Shown here in pieces: positions 39,890 through 57,789 of a DNA stretch of 64,000 nucleotides; positions within the stretch are counted from its first letter, which is position 1; each line of letters begins with the position of its first letter. This stretch comes from Klebsormidium nitens. Taxonomy: Eukaryota; Plantae; Klebsormidiophyceae. The stretch lies in assembly GCA_000708835.1 (NCBI GenBank), contig DF237365.1:1-64000 (forward strand). Reading direction: 5' to 3'. Under the pieces are notes generated by a model. That model was not told the DNA's origin. It did no database searches and worked only from the letters and a program-made list of their open reading frames with translations. Position numbers and translations under genes: made by a program.

Positions 39890-41676
39890 GCGATTGACCA
39901 ACCGGCTGCTCATTGAACGCCAAGCCGGATGCCCGGCTGTCTATGCACGCACAGCGGCACATAGCGGTTATCTATTCGCAGGCGTTGTACTGCTTGTCAA
40001 ACTGCGCCCAATATCTAGGAAAGAAAAGTACAGTCGGCATTTAGCGTTCGGCGAAAATTTAGCCCCCTGCTGACGGTTCGAGACGGGCCTGCACGGAGCC
40101 TTTTGACGCTATGATTTCTGTATACAGCTGACCACTAGTGATTTGTGTTCTGCCGAGCAGGATAGGTCCTGGTCCTCCAACAGCAGTATTCTTTCGTATA
40201 AGGTCTCCGTTGCAGTTGCAAGCAACGGGGACTCGGACCGAGTCTATCTGGGAGAGAGTGCCATTAAAGACAAGGGCTCTTTTGCACAGCAATTAAAATG
40301 GATCTAGTGACTCCCGCGAAAAGAGCTAACCCGGCGCTGATCGTGGCATATTGACTTTTGTGGTGTACTTCTTGCGCGCTCTCTAAATTCATCTTCCAGC
40401 GGCACTCAGTAGTCGGCAGTTGACCGGACGCTATTGCAACCACTGTTGTTTTCTGTCAAGTATAGCAAGTAGGTTAATCTATAGTAGCCATTGATCGGCC
40501 GGCCGGCGCCTCGATGAGACACCATGTGTGCGTCGTGCTGCATATTCAATCAAATCCCGGGCTGGTAACCCTTGGGAAACGTTCAACCTGAATATTGGGG
40601 TTCGAGTCCGATAAGTATATGCGGATATCGTTGCAGCTATCATGAGGTGGGCCGATGATCACGTACACTACAGCCTGACGGTCTTACTTCAATGTCGGAA
40701 GGGGAGCCAATTAAGGGCCGGCCGCATATTCCACATGATGCATGCGAGGAGGCAGCGCAAGTTGCATTGAAATAATCAACGTGTCCGACACTTAGCAGTA
40801 CATGCATTAAAATTGAATCCGCAAAAATTGCCGGCTAGTATATATCAGTGACCAAGTTTCTCGGGAAACCGCGTGAGTCCACCATGTGGGCTGAGCCGCT
40901 CTTACTGTCAACTCAAATTGCTTAGGACACATGCGTCGTCAATTAAAATGTTGCTCACATCAATGTCGATGATTTCGTCTCTACACACCTGCATGTAATC
41001 ATCGATCCAACGCAGCTAAAGCAACCTTATGGGAATTCATTGATTGAAGATGTGCCTTGACAGAATGGATCGAAAGAGGACATGGACTCTCTGCCAACCC
41101 TCGCTTGGCTGTACCCTAGGAAATTGACAGTCGGCTTTAATCTGGTGATAACAGACAATATATGTCAACACCGTGAACTATTCCGGGTAAGCATGTGCGG
41201 TCGCCGAGGGGGTCAACACAAGCTGGCAGGGGGTCCGTGTACGTTCTCCCTCCTTTTGTTGCGCAACAAATTGAGGATTCAAGAAGTGAAACTTTCGGAC
41301 CCAAGGGCCATGATCTAGCTGCAGTTTTGAAGCACCTTAGTTACAATCGCAAGATCAGTGGAGGGGGTTGCGCCATGATGGCAAGGTGCAGCAGGGGGAT
41401 TTGATCATGATCAGATCACCAGTGAAGCCATGTTGAAAATAAATGACGACTATCAAGATCTATTGAGATCTGATTCTGCCAACCCCATTGCAAAGAAGAT
41501 GACGAAGCGAGACATACGTGCATGCAGAAAGTTTGAATAAAAAGCCGGAACAGCTCGCAGTGTCACTTTGTCCTTCTAAATAGACACTACTTAGCTCGAC
41601 AAGATCAGGACCAAAGTTTTCGAGCCGGCCTAAGCGAACAAACACTGAAACATTGCCAAAAAAAGAGACGCGCTTC

Positions 41677-46141
<4,465 letters not shown>

Positions 46142-47050
46142 TTTCCCAATCCGCGCCCCTTTTGCACCTTGAGTTCTCAGCTAACAAGTCCACGACGATT
46201 GAAATGCAAACAGATACAGAAATTATAAAGTAGGCGCTCAAACACCTGCAAATTGGTCAAGGAAAGTGATTATGACGCGAACACTTTTGGAAGGTGGTCT
46301 TGCTACCAACTGCAAAATTTTGTCTTTGCGGAATGCGAGATTTCCTTTTGCAGTGAATCTGGTAAAAACTACCACGTCAAACTGCATCTTTCAGCCAATC
46401 ACAATCGACCATTTTGTGCGCGTTGACTTTTCCGACCAATCAGCTTTGACAGCCAGCCTAACCGTCTCGCTCGCGGCTCCGTCGGAATCCGTCAATCCAG
46501 AAGCATACCCCTGAAGAGGGACGCCGCCCGGGGCTCCCTTTCAAGCGCAGTGATCAGGCGTGCATGGTTGGCCGGTACTTCCCCGTTCCTCTGGGTCCTA
46601 TTAGCGAGGTTCAGCGGTTATTCTCTCTGACAAGCTCCAGTCACGAAAACCAGAACACGTCAATTGGTAAACTTAGGACGGCTGCGATTCCTTGCCCAGA
46701 ATCAAGTGCCAGCTGCAGCCAATCAAAACAACACAAGTAAGAAGGTTCTTTATCAATCGGGGTTGGGACAACTGGATCCAAGTTGAGCCTTGTAGATATT
46801 GCGCCCACAAACTTCAAGAACTGTGACTTCAAAGTCGAACTTGAAATTGAACTGGAAGCCAATGCGGCTTGCTGAGGGAGTCGAGGAGATCATCTCCGAG
46901 ATGCAAGAAACCTTCATGGTTGATCTCAAACAGAGTGTGTAACGTCGTAAGTGGGCACAGAAGCTGAAGCTGCTCGAATAGGGCAGCCCCTTTCTATGGT
47001 TGGAGTGGTTCAGAGGACTCCCATTACTTGCTGAATACTTCCTGGAGAGG
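46142..47050. promoter_or_regulatory. Putative bidirectional promoter shared by BiP and GRP94, with UPRE-like and CCAAT motifs
   Basis: CCACGTCA (reverse complement of TGACGTGG) at 46372-46379; ACACGTCA directly followed by ATTGG at 46655-46667; CCAAT at 46395 and 46436; ATTGG at 46252; TATA-like ATTATAAA near 46222. Function is inferred. Confidence 0.6.
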
Positions 47051-50000
47051 ATGGAGCGGGGAAAGCTTGGCAGCCTGGTTGCACTCTTGGTTCTATGTGC
47101 ATTCTTTGCAGGTGAGCAGCTGAAATTCTTGATCCTGCTTTGCAGGTTTTTGCTAATTGTTGTCAGAAAAGACATGCCGCTTTCACCATGATTTTAAACT
47201 CAATCTGAGGTTGCTAACGTTGAATGTGCCACCATGTTCAACTTACTCGAGTCCAATGCTTAGATTGCTTTACTGGTGGATTTTCATATGTTTTCTTTCT
47301 AGCAAAACAGTATCTTCGAATGCTTTCCAGGTTCTTACACAAAGGAGCAGAACGTGGCGGACTCCGCCACTGAAACACTGAATCTCCCACCAAAGGTTGA
47401 GCTTGAGCCAAAGGTGGTCCCTAGCGCCAAAGTGACTGACCATGAAACACCTGCCCGGTGAGCTCAGAGTCTGCAAGATTGCTGTGGTGAAAGCCTTCTA
47501 TAATAGTAAGCTTTTTCCGTTGTATGCTTGCCCGTTTCACACATTGATTCTCAACCTAATCAAGCAATTATGCAATTACCTTATAACCAGCTTAGAACGC
47601 AGAGTAGTCTGCGTATCATTATGACTGGCCAGCGCAGGGCGCCATCGCTCCTAGACAAATTTACTTTTCATCATGTTTTACCTCATTGTCCTGGCACTGA
47701 CTGCCTGCCCCAAATGTTTCCATGAAGCATCTCTCTTTTCTGATCGGACCGCCATTGATTCATCCAGATATATGCACCTTATACTTGGTGGTACTTAACC
47801 CTAATGGAATGCATTGCAGGGAAGCTGCTTTGAAGCAGCAGCGAGCAGGTGGAGAGAAGTTCGAATTTCAGGCGGAGGTCAACCGGCTCATGGATATCAT
47901 CATCAACAGCTTGTACTCCAACAAGGATATCTTCCTCCGCGAGCTTATCTCGAACGCATCTGATGTAAGCCACCACTCTATTGGGCTCACAGGCCAGGAA
48001 GCCATGCTCGTGTGGTTAGAAGTGACTGCAAATTCTAGTTTTAAATCCAATTATGAATCTTGCAACCATTTCACTTCAGGAACCATCTCCATTGATCAAA
48101 CAAGACACTGATTAGCGCCGTCGCCTGTCATTCCGCATCTGGCTTAATCAAGGTAGCCCCAACCTTGTGCAGGCCCTGGACAAAATTCGGTTCTTGTCCC
48201 TGACTGATCCCACCATTCTTGGTGAGGGCGAAGCTGCCAAACTGGAGATTAAGGTGCGCCCACTCTACTATCCTCAATGTTTCCTGTGTGGTTAGATTGT
48301 TTGGAGCATGGCAGCAAGCGTTTGCTGTCTGACAGCTGCATTTCGCCCATAAATCTGTATGTACTTTGCGGCACGATCACTGAATCCCTGGAGATTGTGC
48401 GACCTCAATGTGCACAATTCCCGGAAGTTTCCACATGACTGATGTTTACGTGGTTTCTGTCTCAGATCAAACTAGACAAGGAGAATAAGATCCTAACAAT
48501 TCGCGACCGGGGTATTGGGATGACCAAGGAGGACCTGATCAAGAATTTGGGAACAATCGCAAAGTCAGGCACTTCATGTGAGTACCCAGCCCTCCTCTCT
48601 CAAAAGTAGGCCCATGAGCTCAGAAGCAACGGTTTGAACTAACTTGTGGTGTATGCAAGCGCTTCTGTCAGAAGCCAAACCCCACCCATCTACCACTCTT
48701 TTGGAAACTCGTCGAAGAGCGCCGGAGGGTGATATACCTGTGGGCACTGCTTTTGTGGTCTCAACTGCGACTATTGTTGTGCAGCCTTCTTGGAGCAGAT
48801 GCAGAAGGGTGGGGACCTGAACCTGATTGGGCAGTTTGGTGTTGGCTTCTACTCGGTGTATCTTGTGGCAGACACCGTGGAGGTGGTCAGCAAGCACAAC
48901 ACTGACAAGCAGTGAGGCCGCTTGCAATACGTTTCTACCAACGCAATCTTTAGTTAAGTTTTGAGTCTGTTTTGACGATTACGCACACCACCTCAAGTAC
49001 CAGACACAACGTGCGATAAGTGGTACAGTTTTCCTGGCCTCTATGTTTGCCACCTGTCGCATCAGCTTGTCTATTGACCGACTTTTGGTCGAACGTCCAT
49101 ATATATCTTACTTGATAAGCTTGTGTTTTCAGCTGTCCTTCGATTACTTGATCCATGCTGGTTGTGCGGCCACTGGGATAATGTTCTTCGCGTGTGGCAG
49201 GTGGGTGTGGGAGTCCCAAGCGGACGGCAGCTTCACGGTATACGAGGACGCAGATGGGGAGTCCCTAGAGCGAGGCACGGAGATCAGGATCCACCTCAAG
49301 GACGAAGCCTCCGAGTATGCTGACGAGGACAAGCTCAAGGTAGGCGACCCAGCAATTGCTGCTGTGGCTGGGATGGGCGGGAAGAGCTTCTTCTTCTTCT
49401 TCTTCTTCTTGCTCTGAGTCATCTGGAGAAACGTTTGTTAGGCCAGTCTAGAAGGACCACCCGTTTGCTTGTTGTTGAGAAACCGACACGATGCCAGTGG
49501 TCAATTGGAACCGTCATATTCTTGCAACAGATCAAAATAGATCAGAGTCGATTGCTCGGGGGCTGACGCCGCGCTGTGCTGTCCAGGCCCTGGTGAGCCG
49601 CTACTCGCAGTTTATCAACTTCCCCATCTCGCTGTGGGCCAGCAAGGAGGTGGACAAGGAGGTACCGGTGGAAGAGGAGGAGGAGGTCGAGGATGATGTG
49701 GCAGACAGCAAGGACGAGGAGGAAAGCACGGAAGAGGAAGAAGAGGAGGTGGAGGAGGAAGACAGTGAGTGCTTTTAACCTGCCTCGATCAATCTGAATG
49801 GTACAAGGATTGGCGTAAATGCAAGAAGGCCCGCTTGTCATTTCTTTTCTCGTCCTTGGAGACGTTTCTGCTTCCTTCAGCGGCTGTTGTAGCTCAGTAG
49901 GTGCTATTACCAGCCTGCACGCCATCCGTTCCAGGCGCTATGGCCTACGAATGAGAATAAGCGAACATTGGGGAAGGCAAAAGCCGGCAACGAACTTCCC

Positions 50001-53000
50001 CGTTTTCGCGGTTGCATCAAAGTTGTGTCTGCCGGTGCAGAGCCGAAGACAAAGACAACCAAGGAGACAGTGTGGGACTGGGAGCTGCTGAACGATGTGA
50101 AGCCGGTGTGGTTGCGCAGCCCCAAGGATGTTCCCGACGAGGACTACGTCAAGTTCTACCAGTCGCTTACCAAGGTCAGGAAGGATACAGTGCACGTGTC
50201 ACCCCCGACTTGTAGTGCTCTTTCTTGCCCGTCTTATTAGTGCTTCTCCTACAGAAACGAAATGACAGAGGGCGTCTTTGTCAGGCGTTACAATAGAACC
50301 AACAATAAATCTCGATAGTGAGGAGTAAAGGCGCAGGAAGCCATATACAGCACTTGGTGCTTGCTCCGCATCGATTGCTCTTATAATACTGGTGCCTTAC
50401 TATCTTCCTCGTTGAGAGCCCGATACAGAGGCTTCTAGAATGGACGTTATGCAACCACTCTATGCTTCACGTTATTAGCGCCTTCCGAGCCCTTCTCCCT
50501 GCTGCTGCTGAAATCTTCCCTCGACCATGTTCACAGGAATCGTGGGCGAAGCCCATGTCGTGGGCGCACTTCAACGCGGAGGGCGACGTGGAGTTCAAGG
50601 CGATCCTGTACATCCCGGCCTCGGCGCCGCCCCAGTTCTACGACAACTACTACACCATCAGCCCCGACGTGAAGCTGTACGTGCGCCGTGTCTTTATCAG
50701 CGACGACTTCGACGACCTCCTGCCGCGCTACCTCATCTTCCTCAAGGTGAAGCGCTGCACAGGAGCCAAGTTGCGGATACCGCGTGCTTTGCGATTTCAA
50801 TATAGGACGGTGCCGCTGCTTCAGCTTGGACTGCTTCGGTCATAGTCTCCGCTCCGTCGCTATGTGTTGATCAACTATGCCAAAGGCTTCTCTGCAGACT
50901 GGCTTTCCTGTGAATCACTTTCGCTGTTTTTCTACCCTTTGAGCGCTTGAGCAAAGACGGCCCATTTGAAAAAGGCATGTTGGGCCGTTACTTCGGACAG
51001 ACTTTGCTTATCGGTATTCGAGGGTGATGCAAGGTTGCTTCGCCGATGCCCGCTTCGAAACTGCTTCGCTTGTGGCCTTTGGTTTTATTCTTCTCCCCTT
51101 TGTTTGCAGGGTATTGTGGACAGCGACACGCTGCCGCTGAACGTGAGCCGCGAGATGCTGCAGCAGCACAGCGCCCTGAAGCTGATCAAGAAGAAGCTGG
51201 TGCGCAAGGCGCTCGACATGATCCGCAAGATTGCGGAAGACGACGAGGACGACACCAAGAAGGGCGCCGACGACGACGAAGCAGGCAAGCGCCTGATATC
51301 TCGTTTGAAAATGAAGTCTTAGCGTTGGCAACGTGCCAGTCGGACTCATCTTTCGACCTGCTTTTCGTCCTTGGACACTATCTTAGAAGGTATTGCAGAT
51401 TCTGACGTAGGGGGGTTGCTTGTGTCGTAAGTCTCGATCTCGGGCCAATGAAACATTGAGAGTCGGTTCGGACCGGCAAGCAGCGGAGTTTGTTGCCTAC
51501 GTTGCGCCTGGTGAGAAGATGCATTTCTTTCTGGACTACCGATTCCCACTTGTGGTGATGTCGAGTTTGTTGGTGGGCATGCAGAGAGCGCTGACAAGGG
51601 TTCCAAGGACCCTGAGGCACGCGGCAAGTATGCCAAGTTCTGGGGGCAGTACGGCAAGGCCATCAAGCTGGGCATCATTGAGGACGCCTCCAACAGGGTC
51701 CGACTCGCCAAGCTCCTCCGGGTGCACACGTGAGCACGCCACCGCTAGCTTGGATTTTTTCTGGCTAAGGTTTGCCGCGGTACTGACGGCAACAGCCCGT
51801 AGATTTGAGGTGGGCGGCAGGGAGTAAAGGGTTTTGCTTGCGGGATTCTTCCATGCTGCTTCGCACTTTTCTTGGCTGTGCACTCCGGGATTGAAACTGA
51901 TACTCTCAGCGAAACATACTATCAAGGGGAGCTTTGGGCAAGTTGATTATTTGGATCTCGCCTCTTGGCAAAGCGCTGGAAAGGCAGGCTCTCTTCGCCG
52001 GTGGATCGACGTTGTCGATTGGCCAAGTGACAGCTGCTGAAGGAGTTGTCTGCACCTTGCTTCTGGTGGAACGCCTCATTTTCAAATACCTCGAGATAAC
52101 CACTGAGCATAACTCATACATCGTTCTTGAGTCTGCCTCGTACACTTGCCGCCACCTGATCTTTTTCAACCCTGCTCGTGGATTGGCCCTCCTGCGTGTG
52201 CTGAACTGGCACATCCCGGTTCTGCTGGTGCAGGTCCAAGTCTGGCGACAAGCTGACGAGCTTGGAGGAGTACGTGTCACGCATGAAGCCGGGTCAGAAG
52301 CAGCTCTACTTCATCTCGGGGGAGAGCAAGGAGCAGCTCGCGCAGTCGCCCTTCGTGGAGAAGCTCCTCAAGAAGGACTACGAGGTGCGTGCCTCCCTGC
52401 GCACCTAGCCACCACATACACTTCGCAGGTGCTTTGGAAATGCTCCGCAGCAGGTGCAAGATAGGGTATGCCTTGTCGTGAGCATCCCGCATCAGCTGGG
52501 CTGTGCCAATGCTGTCAGTCTCGATATCGTTGGCATGCACGAGTGCCACCTGCGCTCGCCTGTACGTCAACCGTTTTCACTTCCGGTTCTAGTCGCTCGG
52601 GAGTCGCTCTCTTTGTCTGCCCTGTTCCGAGTTATTCAAAACGCGCCATTGCGCTGCTTCAGGTGATCTACTTCACGGACCCCATCGACGAGTACGTGAC
52701 GGGGCAGCTGACGGAGTTCGACGACAAGAAGTTCCAGGACGCGACCAAGGAGGACCTCAAGGTGGGCGAGCGGGACGAGGACGAGAAGAAGAAGTTCAAG
52801 GAGACCAAGGAGGAGTTCAAGGACCTCACCAAGTGGTGGAAGGTGAGCGCGCCGCGTGCCAGTCTGCGCACAGGAGCCAAGGGCCGCGCCTCCCGGGAGT
52901 CCTCCCTTCTTTGTCTGTGGCATTCTTGCTTCGTTTTTGGATTGATCCGATCCGCTCCTGGAAAAGGTGCCGACGCAAAGGATCTTCATTTTTGGCCCGT

Positions 53001-54288
53001 TATTTTACCAAGTCCTCCACCCTTCAAGGCTTGTGTCGACAAGTTCGGGACGGGAGGCGTCTTCCATTTCATTAGCACCACAGCAATATCGGGGACGGAA
53101 CCTGCACCGATAGGCACCAGTCGGAACCAATTTCCCCGAAGGCAAAAGCATCCTCGATGTGAGCAGAGTGTCGAGGCGTCTCGGGCTCTCCTCTCCTTGC
53201 AGCCGACTAGTGTGTGCTAGTCTCCTTACTTTTCTGTGCTCTCGGTGCTTCCCCGCAGGACGTGCTGGGCGGGTCGGAGGTGGAGGGCGTGAAGGTGAGC
53301 AAGCGGCTGCACCGCACGCCGTGCGTGGTGGTGACTTCCAAGTACGGCTGGAGCGCCAACATGGAGCGGCTCATGAAGGCGCAGGCCATGGCTGACGACA
53401 GCAAGCACGCGTACATGAAGGGCCGCCGCACGCTCGAGATCAACGCGAACCACCCGCTCATCCGGGAGCTCAAAGCCAAGGTCGCGGCGGACCCCGAGGT
53501 GAGGAACCGGAAACGGTCTCGGCCACACTCTGTACTGAGAGTTCAGCCCTTTGGACGGCTGGGGTTGGTAAAAGATTGGAAAGAGCGCATACGACGTAGC
53601 TCATCCCGTCGTGATAGTTGGCATGCTCGAGCGGAAAGATGTTTCCGAGTACGAGTGGGCTTTATTATGAACCAGCGAGCTTTCTTGAGACGAGAGGGCA
53701 TAGTACAAGGGAGGATTCCGCTCCAGGTAGGCCGTTGCAGGAGAGGAGCAGCTTCTGGCCTCGTGGTGGAACGAGGCGGGAATGAGGACTTGGACTCAAA
53801 TTCCCTATCTGCTCCACTCGTGTCAGAGCTGTTGTTACATGCGGGGCTAGCCATGGACCGTCCCCGTTCCTAGCAGGGCACCTCCTTTTGGGGATTTGAA
53901 TGCTTGTTTCAGGTTTCAAGCTGCAACCTTTCTTCCTCACGACAAAAGGTCCATAGAGTCCAACTTATGCCGTCTTTCACAGGACGAGAGCGCCAAGGAT
54001 TCAGCGAAGCTGATCTACGAAACGGCGCTGCTGGAAAGTGGGTTTGCGCTGGACAAGCCGAAGGAGTTTGCGGCCAGGTTATACGAGGTCATCCAGAAGG
54101 ACCTGGGCGTTGACGCGGGTGACTTCGCCGGTGTTGAGGAAGCGGAGGAGGACGAACCGGAGGAGCCCACCAAGGAGGCTGAGGCCGAAACACCAGCAGA
54201 CGAGGCTGATGTCGAAGTGACGTCAGCGAAGGATGAGGAGGTTGAGGGCGCGGACGAGCCGTCGAAGTTGGAAAAGGACGAGTTGTAA
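47051..54288 (+). CDS. HSP90B: ER HSP90 (GRP94/endoplasmin/SHEPHERD-like), multi-exon, C-terminal KDEL
   Basis: Signal peptide [20 protein letters not shown]; [37 protein letters not shown]; [11 protein letters not shown]; [19 protein letters not shown]; [10 protein letters not shown]; [10 protein letters not shown]; ends KLEKDEL*. Confidence 0.97.
49387..49410 (+). repeat. (CTT)8 microsatellite in a GRP94 intron
   Basis: CTTCTTCTTCTTCTTCTTCTTCTT read directly. Confidence 0.9.
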
Positions 54289-55204
54289 GGGATAGCTTTG
54301 AAGACCTGTGCGGAAGGAAAGGTTTCTGGTCGAGTGCTTCCACTGGTCTGCTCGGTTTTCAACGAAGAACCTCAGTCCTGGCGGTCGCCAGGTTTCTGAG
54401 TGAATTGTCGATTGTCACATCATCTGCCGATCAGTGACCGTTACAGCGCCCTGCATTCATTGCGAGGGTCCATCAGCATGGCATAAGCCTGGCTGGACAA
54501 GTGGCTTGGGTCTGCTGCAGTTTGGCCGCTCTTGACAACCTGGCTGCCCTATCTTACATACTGTAGAGGTATCGAACGCATTGCACTAGCGGTCCTGCCA
54601 GCTTGAAAGATGCCACTGTTTGTGCATGTTGTCAACTTCAATATCCGGTGACAAACTCGCTCTTGACTACCTGCACCAATGCACATATGCAGGACGTATT
54701 ATGTCAGCCGCTGGGGAAAACATACACGCACAATCCAGTACGTAATCCAACATCTCCAGTTTTGGATATGTGCATCTGATTACAGAGTTGATTACTTCAG
54801 AGTTCTACGGTCGAATCATATCTTGTAAAGTTGGGTCGAAAAGTAACTAACTATCAATGCATGTGAGTCTGCTCGGCATGCTACCTCACATGGTGGCGCA
54901 TATCAATCGCGTGCATGGAAGCATGTCGGACTCAACCAAACGTGGTCACCTCCGACCAAGACGCCCGGCGCCGCCACACGCTTCTATGTATTTTGTATGT
55001 TGCTCATGCTAGCATGTGACTCGAGTCCCAGGGAAGTCATGCATCACATGTCACTTGCCTTGATCCATGATCGCTGTGCATGATCCGACGTTCGAAACTG
55101 ACACAGCTCGTCTATTGGCATGGCATGGCGCACTTTGGCCGCGTTGACGTGTCCTGCGATCAATCATTCAGTCATTTGAACAAATTACCATGGTGGGTAT
55201 CGGC

Positions 55205-55569
55205 NNNNNNNNNNNNNNNNNNNNNNNNNNNNNNNNNNNNNNNNNNNNNNNNNNNNNNNNNNNNNNNNNNNNNNNNNNNNNNNNNNNNNNNNNNNNNNNN
55301 NNNNNNNNNNNNNNNNNNNNNNNNNNNNNNNNNNNNNNNNNNNNNNNNNNNNNNNNNNNNNNNNNNNNNNNNNNNNNNNNNNNNNNNNNNNNNNNNNNNN
55401 NNNNNNNNNNNNNNNNNNNNNNNNNNNNNNNNNNNNNNNNNNNNNNNNNNNNNNNNNNNNNNNNNNNNNNNNNNNNNNNNNNNNNNNNNNNNNNNNNNNN
55501 NNNNNNNNNNNNNNNNNNNNNNNNNNNNNNNNNNNNNNNNNNNNNNNNNNNNNNNNNNNNNNNNNNNNN
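55205..55569. other. Assembly gap (365 N)
   Basis: Run of N. ORF calls spanning it are artefacts. Confidence 1.
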
Positions 55570-55878
55570 ATTACCTTGGACTACGGTAATTGACTTCATG
55601 TTCTTATCAACATGTAAGTTTGCATGAGGCTTGCAGGACTCGTGGCAGGCCACTGAGTAGTGGGGTGCATGCTGCGTCAAATGAAGGCAGGGTTCGGATT
55701 GAAAACAGTAGAGCGCAGCGGGCCAGAACCAATATGGCCAAACATGATAGTGGGCGCTTTATTCAATGTAAAAGGCGCGCGGAGGATGTACCGGTGTTGC
55801 AGCCTCCGCAATGGTTGGTACAAGTTTGGGTACAGTGATTTGGGTTGCCGTCTCGGCCGACAGCATGTACCACAGGTA

Positions 55879-57194
55879 GGTACCGTTAGGTAGGTACACC
55901 ATGTCTGTCGTATCTCTACCCCCCAGGGAGGGTCTGTCTCGCGGTGCGAAACCTAGCCCGGCAAAATCGACGGTCTGACCTTGGCTAGGTGACCCCGGGC
56001 TAGTTGAAGCCTGTATGATGACATGATGCCGTAGGCTCATAAGCAGTTTCGGTATGCCGGGGCCGGGGTCATTTAATTTATTGCGAATGCTATCTGTCCC
56101 AAGTATCTCTACCAACCCGCATGTAGCTTCAATTATCAAGTTAAAAACCGCTCTTTCAAGGCCCGGGCTCGGACCTCCGGCCATTCTTGCCAAACCGTTG
56201 CATCGTAGCGGGATCGTAGTCTGCTTTTATCCATAAATTCGGTTGCACGCTGAAATAGACGGGTGACAGGGGTGAATCTGGAGACTACCCTAGCAAGAAT
56301 ATTCTGAGTGTCCACACATGCAGGTCACAGATTCCAGACAACCGGACTTCTCGGCGGTACCCGGTACCGGTCGGCGGTGCTGCTGCCCTACAGTACGGTA
56401 ACTGAAACCTGGCCGCTCCTAACTCATGTGTCCCGAGTAGGTACCTTAATTCTAATACCGTATATTCTACAGTATTAGACTCCAAGATTGCAAGCATCGG
56501 ACCGTGGACGGTTCGTATATGGTACCTACTAGGTAGTACTCGGTGGCGCAAAACGGACAAAGCAGCCGAACTTTTCTTGGGAAAACGTTGCGGACGCTGG
56601 TTTGCTACTGATCGGACCTGGAACCGCCGGCAAGCAACCGGGGCCCTCTGAGACATTAGGGTTATGTTGGAAGCCTGTGACGGTTTGTTAGGGTCGTGCC
56701 ACCTTACTCTTACTGCACTACGATTAGGGTTTACACTAACGGCTTAGGCATATTCTTAGGTTTTTTGTGTTGGTGAGGTTCCCGGTAGTCTGAATCAGTG
56801 CCCAGTTAGTCAAACTGGACGGTGTCCGCGTGCCTCTTGCGTGGCCTACTAGGTACCGTACTCAGTGGATCCAGTAGAGCCTGGTTTCCGGCCGCCCTCC
56901 TTGGTCGGACTTCATGATCCATCATACGGTACCTACCTATACCGTAGATACCGGTACCGTGTTCAGTACGCATGGTACCTGTTCGCTTGTACAGTTAAAG
57001 GGTACCTATCTTGTACAGTGCTTACACGGTACCTTGCACATCCCGGTTCACCGGCCGGCACAAAGTCACTCCGCCGACAGAGCTTCTTACCTACCGGTAT
57101 TACTTCATTGCGGGATCCCCCTGCGTGCTCAAGCGTATCTAGGTACTTAAATTGCACAGCGTAGTACCAAGTAGTACCAAGTATAGTAGGTACC
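55879..57194. repeat. GGTACC/GTAC-rich intergenic tract, probably a decayed repeat or transposon
   Basis: 12 GGTACC sites counted by hand in ~1.3 kb; a ~30-bp segment is shared with the 18.2-kb element; no convincing ORF. Confidence 0.55.
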
Positions 57195-57789
57195 TCTAGA
57201 GTTATCTTCCTGTCCCTTGTCATGATTGACGATCACACTGTATGACACCAACAATGCTTTGCCTGTTTGGGTCCAGTCACGAGTGACTCCAGTCACCAGT
57301 GTCCAGGAGGTAGAGGTCTTTGGCGATCACCATTCCGCGCTGAAGAATACCTACCTATCTAGCTGTGGGCTCTAAAGGTGCCGTAGTCTGACACATCACG
57401 ACAAGAGCTGTATCCAGGCTCCGGCAGGGCGACAGACTCCAGAGTCGAAGTGAAACACCGCCTTCACTGCCGTTGACAGCCTGAGCATTACGCTATACCA
57501 GATTCGATTCCCGAATCAGCAACTACCTAGCCCGGCTCTGCACTGATTGAGATGAGTTCCGAAGTCTCCACAATGGCGACATCTTTGAGCACTCATGATC
57601 CACTTGGCATCTGCAGATGCACAGTACAGCCGACTGCTCAGAAATACAGTCGGAAGCCCCCACATTCTTGCCACTGCCAGATACATGAAACGGAGAACAA
57701 AAGCTTGCAGAAGCTTCTCGTGTTGATTACTTCCGAGATACCTTTCCAAAACGAGCTGCATCCCAATCCTTCTCATGAGCGCCGCAGTC

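Noticed and set aside
55080-55680. ORFs of 145-170 aa spanning the N run
   Set aside because: Artefacts of the assembly gap.
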